A stretch of 64,000 nucleotides of DNA from Octopus vulgaris (Eukaryota). Of the stretch, positions 54,153-64,000 are shown piece after piece; within the stretch, counting starts at the first letter, position 1, and each line of letters starts with the position of its first letter. The translations under genes were made by a program, and so were the position numbers. The notes under the pieces are model-generated. The model was not told the DNA's origin. It ran no database searches and saw nothing but the letters and a program-made list of their open reading frames with translations. Where the stretch lies: assembly GCA_951406725.2 (NCBI GenBank), contig OX597817.1, forward strand, positions 26,660,001 through 26,724,000, in the 5' to 3' direction.

Positions 54153-54958
54153 AATCTACATTTTTGTTATTTTACATTTGTCCTGCTCGTTTACATTCAT
54201 AGTTGTGCTAATTCTCCTTGGAAACAATTCTTGGTGGTTGAGACCATAGCGGATCTATTTTTAGTGCAAGAGTCGACCACATAGTGAACACTCTCTTATA
54301 TTCGTGTATTAATTTTTACTGTATCCCTGGTTTTTATGCGCTAAACCACTTGGTGTTAAATTGATGCTATTATTAAATTAATATCCAATTTTTTTCACCC
54401 TTATTTTCGATTTATATATATATATATATAGATAGATATAGATATATATATAGATACACCCATACATATATGTATAGATATATATACACATACACACACA
54501 TGCACACACATACATACATGCGTGTGTCTGTGTTTGCTTGTGTGCGTGTGCAGTAATAATAACAATAATCCTTGGATATAAATTACAAACACATTTAATA
54601 CATTACTACACATGTTTCCACAAATCCCATGTCTCTTAAAATCACCATCTGTATTCCTGGGATACTTAGTGTACTTTATAGCATCCATGGGCATCGTGTT
54701 GAGCATCTTCATGGATTCATTTCTTCCAGAGATATAACATTAATATATATCTATCAAAGAGGTGTTTATATCATTTTTGACCATATTTATTCCAAGGATT
54801 ATTGTTATTGTTACTATATTTATCTTACATTAGATTGGTACAACTTAATGCAAACCCCAGACACTGGTTCGTCAGTCAGCATCATTAGACTGTGGCTAGC
54901 ATAATGGAATAGGAAATTTATTTGCCTATTCTAAATGTTTCTCATAAACAAATTTAAA

Positions 54959-55002
<44 letters not shown>

Positions 55003-55496
55003 CCGTCTAGGCCTATATATATATAGCCGTCTAGGCCTAAAAGCCCTTATTGCTGGTTCTCTGTCCTGTTATTCCTTATTTGTACTGTTTTTTCTACTGT
55101 TTTTTCTTCATTTGTATTGCTTTTACGTCCTGTTCTTGTCACTTGTTTTACCCCTCTGCAAAAGAATTTTATTTAATTCCTTTTGCAGGAAGGACTACTT
55201 CGGGCTGGCCGTGTTCTGCCCTTACCTTCGAAACACGCATTGAGTCGAACCAGGGGCAGCTGATGAAGGGGAATTTTCCTTGTATTGTTTGTCTTGTACT
55301 CTGTTTTTTCGTTGTTAAAAAAAAGTCCGTTTCCTTGTTTGAATTTATGTTTTCGTTTCTCGTTGTGTTCTACATCTATTTGTGGTGTCCTGTACCCATA
55401 TATATGTATATATATGCTTGTATATATACATATACATGTAAGTAGGTACATATATGTATGTATACATGCATATATTTTATTTATTTATTATATTGT

Positions 55497-55527
<31 letters not shown>

Positions 55528-55665
55528 CATATATATATATATAAATATATGTTAATGGTTGTTCTTTATGTTCACTTATAACAGAAACAATTTTACATCA
55601 ATCCAATGGGTTACTCTATACTTTTGTAGAGAACAAATTTATTATTTTTAAAGAAGAACATTATC

Positions 55666-55712
55666 GACAGTGACTCTAAAGTTTCAGCCAATCTAGCCAT
55701 CGTTAGATTGTC
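55666..55712 (-). ncRNA. Hammerhead motif with G5A mutation, inside a local hairpin
   Basis: gacaat-CTAACGA-tggctagattggct-GAAA-ctttagag-TC-actgtc. Confidence 0.5.
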
Positions 55713-55861
55713 TGATGGTAATTTCAGTGGCCAGAACTTTGAAGTCACCGTAAATAGTATTCTCGAATTTGAATAATATATATAAGTATATGTTTGTGTG
55801 TGCGTATGTGTGTGTGTATATATATATATTTTTATAAAAATGTCCTTTCAGTGACGGAAGT

Positions 55862-55906
<45 letters not shown>

Positions 55907-55912
<6 letters not shown>

Positions 55913-56046
55913 TGTCCCAAAAGTTCGTAGAAAGTCTTGGAAAATAATGGTCTTTATTTTGAGGAATAATTTTTGTTGTTTTTCTTAGTACTTGGCGAGT
56001 AAAAATTCAATTTTCGCAAGTGTTTACGAACTTTTGGGACAACCTA

Positions 56047-56047
<1 letters not shown>
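55907..56047. mobile_element. mariner-type MITE in a TA tract
   Basis: Perfect TIR aggttgtcccaaaagttcgta / tacgaacttttgggacaacct. Confidence 0.85.
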
Positions 56048-56138
<91 letters not shown>

Positions 56139-56465
56139 ATATATATTATATATATATATATATATATAATTAATCAATATAGGGTGGCAAAAAAAAAATT
56201 TTGTAGAATTCTTTTGCCACCAGCGGCCTAGTGGGAAAAAAATAAATAGTCATAAACCATTTCCAAGTTCAACATCACAATCAAGGAACGGCCATATATT
56301 GATTAATTATGAATTTTCTGGTTAATTCCGTAATGGAATCGGCGGCTTATATTTATTTGCTGACGATAAATTTGGCGCGAGTGCGACGATTTGAAAATTT
56401 TAGGTCAGATATCGCCGAGGCAGCAACGTGAATGCCTCGTGAAAAATATCTGTTCCGACTTGGCT

Positions 56466-56572
56466 ATTTCTTACTGATGAATCTAAGGGCCTATGGTGGA
56501 TTGGCTTGATTTAATTTAATCAGGTTAGTTTACCATTAAACGGAAGATGAAACGGTGCATCGTATAAGAAAT
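56466..56572 (+). ncRNA. Type I hammerhead ribozyme, copy 1
   Basis: atttctta-CTGATGA-atct[60 nt]agat-GAAA-cggtgcatcg-TA-taagaaat; 8-bp stem I; predicted cut after 56564. Confidence 0.9.
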
Positions 56573-56955
56573 TACAGGGTAAATGTTTTTTAATTTTCTC
56601 CTGGTTTACGGAATTGATGTTATTTTGCGGTTAAAGCTTTTGGCTGTTATTTCTATTGGGTGAATGGCCTATTATGGCCGTTCCTTGATTGTGATGTTGA
56701 ACTTGGAAATGGTTTATGACTATTTAATTTTTTCCCACTAGGCCGCTGGTGGCAAAAGAATTCTACAAAATTTTTTTGCCACCCTATATTGATTAATTAT
56801 GAATTTTCTGGTTAATTCCGTAATGGAATCGGCGGCTTATATTTATTTGCTGCCGATAAATTTGGCGCAAGTGCGACGATTTGAAAATTTTAGGTCAGAT
56901 ATCGCCGAGGCAGCAACGTGAATGCCTCGTGAAAAATATCTGTTCCGACTTGGCT

Positions 56956-57062
56956 ATTTCTTACTGATGAATCTAAGGGCCTATGGTGGATTGGCTTGAT
57001 TTAATTTAATCAGGTTAGTTTACCATTAAACGGAAGATGAAACGGTGCATCGTATAAGAAAT
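56956..57062 (+). ncRNA. Type I hammerhead ribozyme, copy 2
   Basis: Identical to copy 1, 490 nt downstream; predicted cut after 57054. Confidence 0.9.
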
Positions 57063-57180
57063 TACAGGGTAAATGTTTTTTAATTTTCTCCTGGTTTACG
57101 GAATTGATGTTATTTTGCGGTTAAAGCTTTTGGCTGTTATTTCTAGTGGGTGAATGGCCTATTATGGCCGTTCCTTGATA

Positions 57181-57271
<91 letters not shown>

Positions 57272-57275
<4 letters not shown>

Positions 57276-59400
57276 TATAGTTTTTAGTTCCATTTATTCT
57301 TTTTCTCCATTCATAATTTTAAATGACGTTTACTTTCCATGACGCGTATTCTTTTTTTACATAAGTTATTTCTATGGTAACGTAATTTTGGTTTGATTTT
57401 TTTTACGGCTAAGAATTTAATTTCACTTTATAATTTGAAACTGACTTGTAAGTATGTATTTTATTTATCCTTATGTCATATTGTTATTTTTGATATTCTG
57501 GTTAATTACGATGTATTTAATGTTGTTTTCATAGGAGTGTTTATGTATATGAGATTGTGTGTGAGTTTTTAGTTGTATAATTTATTTATCTGTATGAGTG
57601 TGGGTGTGTAAATATTGTTGTATATATCGAGTTTAGTGAGTATGTATATGCGTATATGTGAGGGAGTATATGTATCTGTTGTGTGTGTGTGTTTTGCGTG
57701 TGTGTGTGTTTGTGTGTGAATGTGTATATGGGTTTGTTATTTAGGTTTTGGGATGTATGTGTTAATTTGTCTGTGTGGGGAGGGAGTGGATTTTGGTGTA
57801 TATTGAGGTTTATAAGTTAGTATAGGTATGTGTATAAGTCGTGGGTCTGTGGTTTACGTGTGTGTATTTGTGTGTGAATGTTTAGGTTAGGGGGATTGCT
57901 ATATAGGTTTGTTATAGAGTTTAGCAAAGGGAGATTTTATCGTTATATGTTTTTAAGAGTTTTGGTTTATCATGGTTTTTTTTTAGGGAATTCGTGGTAA
58001 TTTGTCTATTTTCGATGTTGGTTGTTTTATTGCATTGTTTCATTCATAATTTTTGAGTGGTGTTCGTTTTGCCACGTGAATATTATTTTTAATTCCATTT
58101 ATTCCATTTCTCCATTCATTAATTTAGAGATGTTCGTTTCCAGAGCGGTTATACTTTTTATACATAGGTTAAGTTCCTTGGTAAAGTAATTTTGTTTGGC
58201 GTATATGTTGAGGCTTATATGTACTTGTGGGTGTGTGTGAGTGGGGTGGGTGTTTGTATTTGTTATGGGTGTGTGGTTTACGTGTGTGTTTTTGTGTGTG
58301 AATGTATAGGTTAAAGGGATTGCTATATAAGTATGTTATAGTGTTTAGTAAAGGGAGGTTTTATCATTTCTGTTTTGTGAGTTTTAGCTTATCATGGTAG
58401 TTTTATAAAAGGATCCATTCATAATTTTTGTGTTTATTTGTCTGTGTGGGGTTGAGTGGGTTTTTGGAGTATATGTTGAGGTTTATATGTATGTATTGGT
58501 ATGTGTAAGTGGTGTGGGTATTTGTATATGTCGTGGGTGTGTGGTTTACGTGTGTGTATTTGTGTGTGAATGTTTAGGTTAGGGGGATTGCTATATAGGT
58601 ATGTTATAGAGTTTAGTAAAGGGAGATTTTATCATTATATGTTTTTGTGAGTTTTGGTTTATCATGGTAGGTTTGTTAAGGAATTCGTAGTAATTTGTGT
58701 ATATTTGCGATGTCTGTTGTTTTATTGCATTGTTTCATTCATAATTTTTAAGTAGTGTTCGTTTTACCAAGTGAATATAATTTTTAATTCCATTTATTCC
58801 TTTTCTCCGTTCATAATTTTGAGTGATGTCCGTTTTCTAGAGCGTGAATGTGGGTTGTATGTGTGTGTGTGTGGGAGTATGAATAAGTATTGTGTTGAAG
58901 TATTTAGCTATTTTATTTATTTATAGTTGCCTAGACGTTTTTATGTGTATGTATAGGGATATATATATAGGTGTGTGGTTTAGTGTATGTAGTTAGATAT
59001 GGTTATATATAATTAGGTATATGTGTATGGGTGTATATATAGTTTATTATTATTATATTATTATTATTTTTTTGTTTTGTTTTATATTTTATATTTTATA
59101 TTTAATTGTTGATAGGTTTATTTTAGTTTATATATTGTTTATATATTGATTATATATGGATTATATATAGGTTATATATGGATTATATATTTATATTTTT
59201 TCATTTATACTTTAATTGTTTTAAAATTATTATTTGTATATTTTAAAATATTGATATTTTAGATTGAAGTCCACCTGAAGATTGTCGATCAAGACAAGAA
59301 ACGATTGTAGTGGCGGGTTTTTTGACTATTTATTAAAATTTTATGTATTGATTAAGTCTTTCCTTGTTTGTTTTGCAAAATAGTGGTTTTGTCTCTAATA
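57272..59400 (+). mobile_element. G/T-skewed, internally repetitive element between TA tracts, ending in an HHR
   Basis: ccatttattc..ttctcc.ttcat at 57290/58095/58790; gtggtttacgtgtgtg at 57849/58273/58541. Confidence 0.55.
59271..59313 (+). ncRNA. Minimal type I hammerhead ribozyme, intact core
   Basis: ccac-CTGAAGA-ttgtc-gatcaa-gacaa-GAAA-cgattg-TA-gtgg. Confidence 0.85.
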
Positions 59401-59564
59401 ATATTTTATATATATATATATATATATTATATATATTATATAATATATATATATATATTATATATATTATATATATATATTATATAATATATATATATAT
59501 ATTATATATATTATATATATATTATATATATTATATAATATATATATATATTATATATATTATA

Positions 59565-60022
<458 letters not shown>

Positions 60023-60055
60023 GATATATATATATATATATGCATACACATGTGA

Positions 60056-60388
60056 AGGCGCATGGCTCAGTGGTTAGAGCGTCGAGCTTACGATCGTGAG
60101 GTTGTGAGCTCGAATCCCGGACCAGGCTGCATGTTGTGTTCTTGAGCAAGACATTTTAGTTCACAGTGCTCCAGTTCACTCAGCTGTAGAAATGAGTTGC
60201 GACGTCACTGGTGCCAAGCTGTATCGGCCTTTGTCTTTCCCTTGGATAACACTGGAGGCGTGGAGAGGGGAGGCTGGTATGCATGGGCGACTGCTGGCCT
60301 TCCATAAACAACCTTGCCCGGACTTGTGTCTAGGAGGGTAACTTTCTAGGTGCAATCCCATGGTCATTCATGACCGAAGGGGGTCTTT
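60056..60388 (+). mobile_element. SINE family D-like with tRNA head
   Basis: ggcgcatggctcagtggttagagcg..gagctcgaatccc (A/B boxes) plus gttcttgagcaagaca body. Confidence 0.8.
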
Positions 60389-60644
60389 AGTACTTTAGAA
60401 CAAAGTAACAGAAAATATTCTTTTCTACTTTAGGCACAAGGCCTGAAATTTTTGGACCAGTCGATTAGATTGACCTCAGTATACGACTGATACTTAATTT
60501 ATCGATCCCAAAAGGATGAAAGGCAAAGTCAACCTTGGTGGAATTTGAACTCAGTACGAAAGGCCATTTTGCCCAGCATATGCTAACGTTTCTGCCACCT
60601 TAAAATAGCAGAAAATATTTCAAAGTCTGCATGCATATGTGTAT

Positions 60645-61040
60645 ACTCTCTTTTACGTGTTTCAGTCATTAGACTGTGGCCATGCTGGAGCACCGCCTTT
60701 AGTTGAGCAAATCGACCCCAGGACTTATTCTTTGTAAGCCTAGTACTTATTTTATCGTTCTCTTTTGCCCAACCGCTAAGTTACGGGGATGTAAACACAC
60801 CAGCATCGGTTGTCAAGGGATGTTGTGGCAACAAACACAGGCACACAGACATATACACACACATACATATATATACGACGGGCTTCTTTCAGTTTCTGTT
60901 TACCAAATCCACTCACATGTCTTTGGTTGGCCTGAGGCTATAGTAGAAGACACTTGCCCAAGATGCCACACAGTGGGACTGATCCCGGAACCATGTGGTT
61001 GGTAAGCAAGCTACTTACCACACAGCCACTCCTACGCCTA
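60645..61040 (-). mobile_element. SINE family A (degenerate family B just upstream, ~60420-60601)
   Basis: Full-length copy. Confidence 0.85.
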
Positions 61041-61267
61041 TGCATGAGTAAGTTTAAATTTTACTCATCTTCCTGTGTGTTCACTCACTGGTTGAAAACA
61101 ATGGCATGGTGGACGGTGTCAGTTTGTTTCCCGTTCCACAGGTACACATGCTTGAACTAATTTTCCTTCAATAGACTTGGAAATTATTACCTAGCTTGCA
61201 AACAAATGATGTTAGTGACATGAAGAGCAGCCAACCATAGGAAACATTGCTCCAACATACTCTAGAC

Positions 61268-61467
61268 CAATGCTTTTCAAACTTTTTGCTGGAGCGGAAC
61301 ACCAAGGAAACATTCCACTGGCTCGAGGAACCCCTGTGCAATAATTTAATAGTCTTATGCACACATATCTGCACAGGAGAATTAAAAATTACTGCCAATT
61401 TTAGCAGTTTTTTAACTTCTTGCGGAACCCCTGACTGTACTGGCGGAACCCTGGTTGAAAACCACTG
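61268..61467. mobile_element. hAT/Charlie-type MITE
   Basis: TIR caatgcttttcaa / ttgaaaaccactg; 8-bp TSD ctctagac at 61260 and 61468. Confidence 0.88.
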
Positions 61468-61792
61468 CTCTAGACTGAATCATGCAAGCATGGAAAAGTA
61501 GGCATTAAAATGATGTGTATCATGAGGATCCACTGTAGTTAAGCATTCAATCGCAATTGGAACATCCAGTACAGAGTTCCAAGCAACCACAATGTGAAAT
61601 CTACATTGAAACAAATGATTTAAATTACTGCTTATCATAATTCCTAAATTTGCTCTGTATATCAAGACTAGTAATACTACTAAGTATAGCAGTTACTCAG
61701 CTACTATAGCAGAAGCACACTAGATGATGTTAATATATGCAGAGCTCTGAAATTTACAATAGCATTCATGCATCTATCTACAGACACAATAA

Positions 61793-62354
61793 TCTAATAT
61801 ATAAAATCCGTTCTGTCTGTCAGTGTGTGTGTGTCTTCTAGGATCTCGGGCATCCTCCATCTGATTGCACTTAAATTTGGTATCTAGATACTGACGGTAT
61901 CAGGGCGTGTATAAGTCTTGAAAAATTTACATAAGTCGATTCCAGGTGAGAATGCAATCGATAAAGCCATTTTTCTCCTGCTTTTCTTTCTTCAACCTGT
62001 ACATAACTGCACCTTCAATTTTTTGTTGTTTTTGTACTGCTTAAAGGCACGTTTTTTTCCTGCCAAGCTTACTGTTTAAACCATGTTTGTGTTCTCCCAG
62101 TCAACAGCCTTATCATTACTGATACTTTAAACTCTTCGGTTGCATATTTGTGTGAATAAAATCGTTTTTCTTTGGAATAGAAAAAAAGTCTATCTTTATT
62201 TCTTCTTTTGCTGGCGTCTCAAATTTAAGTCAAATCAGTGTTTCTCAAAGCAAAGGGGACGCCTATGGGATGGTCGGACAAGTTGTTTTGAGAAAATTTG
62301 GCTTAAACGTTTGACAACTCAGCACCGTCCATTGGACGGGGGACGTTTTGCTCG
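61793..62354 (+). mobile_element. Non-autonomous Helitron
   Basis: A|TCtaatatataaaa..ctgtctgtc 5' end; hairpin ccgtcca-t-tggacgg then CTCG|T (variant of CTRR). Confidence 0.6.
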
Positions 62355-62381
62355 TATATATATATATATATACACACACAT

Positions 62382-62693
62382 ATAGGAGTGGCTGGGTGGT
62401 AATAGCTTGCTTCCCAACCACATGGTTCTGGGTTCAGTCCCACTGCATGGTACCTTGGGAAAGTATCTTCTACTATAGCTTCGGGCTAACAAAAGCCTTG
62501 TGGGTGGATTTAGTAGACAGAAACTGAAAGGAGCCAGTTGTATGTATGTAGGTATGTATATTTATGTGCATGTGTGTCTGTGCTTGGTCTCTCCTCATTA
62601 TCACTTGACAACTGATGCCGTTGTGTTTGCGACCCCCATAACTTAGCAGTTTGGCAAAAGAGACCGATAGAATAAGTACTAGGCTTACAAAGA
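62382..62693 (+). mobile_element. SINE family A, 3'-truncated
   Basis: Head and body present. Confidence 0.8.
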
Positions 62694-62873
62694 AAATATA
62701 TCTGCCTATTGTGTTGCTCGTGTTTGAATAACTTGAGAAATGTTACATTGTTCAGAAACAAGTATGTGTTGGCAACAGGAAGAGCTTCCAGCTGTACAAA
62801 ATTTGCTACAATAAACTTCATCTGATACATGGTAGCATGGAAACATGATTGTTTTAATAAAAATTATGATGAT

Positions 62874-62909
<36 letters not shown>

Positions 62910-62928
62910 AATATATATAAATATATAC

Positions 62929-62979
<51 letters not shown>

Positions 62980-62998
62980 AATATATATAAATATATAC

Positions 62999-63057
<59 letters not shown>

Positions 63058-63060
<3 letters not shown>

Positions 63061-63336
63061 CCTCGTCGGGCATCTGTGTCGGTGGCACATAAAATACACC
63101 AATCCGACATGGCCGTTCGCCTGCCTCGTCTGGCACCTGTGTCGGTGGCACATAAAAAGCACCCACTACACTCACGGAGTGGTTGGCGTTAGGGAAGGGC
63201 ATCCAGCTGTAGAAACACTGCCAGATCTGACTGGCCTGGTGCAGCCTTCGGGCTTCCCAGACCCCAGTTGAACCGTCCAACCCATGCTAGCATGGAAAGC
63301 GGACGTTAAACGATGATGATGATGATGATGATGATG
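63058..63336 (+). mobile_element. Family C RTE-tail retroposon, young copy
   Basis: Consensus-like sequence with a (gat)n tail. Confidence 0.85.
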
Positions 63337-64000
63337 ATACATGTGAGTAAATGACTGTATTGATAGCAATGTTTATGTCTAAGTCCATCATCTTGCTATC
63401 TTTTATTTCTGCATTTCCCTATACCCCACAACTTACAGAATCTGTAAATTCAAATCAATAAAATCAGTACCAATCTGGAATCAGCACTCAGTTGCATATG
63501 ATTTACTAAGAAATCTGAAGACAGTACACCAACATAACCATAGTGCAATGACAGAAATCAGATAGATAACACACACACACTCATATATGCATATATGTTA
63601 GAATGTATATATGTATATATATATATATGTGGTGGATTTTCTAAAATTTTGTAACAAAAATATGAACTGTTGAAATGATATCAATAAGGTTTAGAGGAAA
63701 ATATATGAGATTTTTTTTTGACTTCTGGGACTAAAATACTCACTATATTTTTGCTAACTTACAAACTTGTAGATACTTTTACCTCTCCTTTATAATATAT
63801 TTATATGTACACTCATACATGTGATGTGCGTATGCATGTGTGTGCATACACACAAAAACACACACACACACACATATATATATAAAGATATAGATATAGA
63901 TATACATGTACATATACATATAGATATATATATATATAAATATATATAAAATGTATATACATGTATATATATATATAAATATATATAACATATATACATA

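Larger units (their letters stand above)
56166..57184 (+). mobile_element. Retrozyme-like / non-autonomous Penelope-type element: inverted terminal segment plus ~1.8 copies of a 490-bp unit
   Basis: 56295.. repeats at 56785.. (period 490, ~4 substitutions); 56166-56296 is the reverse complement of 56673-56800; TA tracts on both sides; no ORF. Confidence 0.85.

Noticed and set aside
54553-54813. Inverted-ended element with GAAAcatgtgTA on minus (relative at ~32146)
   Set aside because: Probably a Penelope-type relic, but no intact CUGANGA in register, so not called an HHR.
60056-60130. tRNA-like sequence (also the heads at ~45033, ~53922, ~17037)
   Set aside because: SINE heads running into SINE bodies; no proper acceptor stem.

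Overview
AT-rich, microsatellite- and retroposon-dense animal genomic DNA. The SINE repertoire looks cephalopod (octopus-like), which is an inference. The only long intact ORF is the reverse transcriptase of a 5'-truncated CR1-group LINE (1446-3218). The window also holds decayed RTE, R4/Dong and CR1-group LINE pieces, Tc1/mariner, hAT, Helitron and Helentron elements, and dozens of copies from about 5 SINE or LINE-tail families. Scattered minus-strand candidate exons (about 5.2-40.6 kb) read like a very divergent polycystin-1-like gene (PLAT domain plus TRPP-type channel region); this call is low confidence. The main result is a dense population of type I hammerhead ribozyme (HHR) motifs in short insertions in or next to (TA)n tracts: 8 with an intact CUGANGA/GAAA/GUH core and at least 8 decayed. 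They have mostly palindromic mini-stem III, as in Penelope-like elements, and mostly long stem II. The best case is a young, non-coding 490-bp tandem unit (56166-57184) with two intact HHRs exactly one period apart and an inverted terminal copy. It is retrozyme-like and predicted to release a 490-nt, possibly circular, RNA. All calls were made by eye, and repeat boundaries are approximate.
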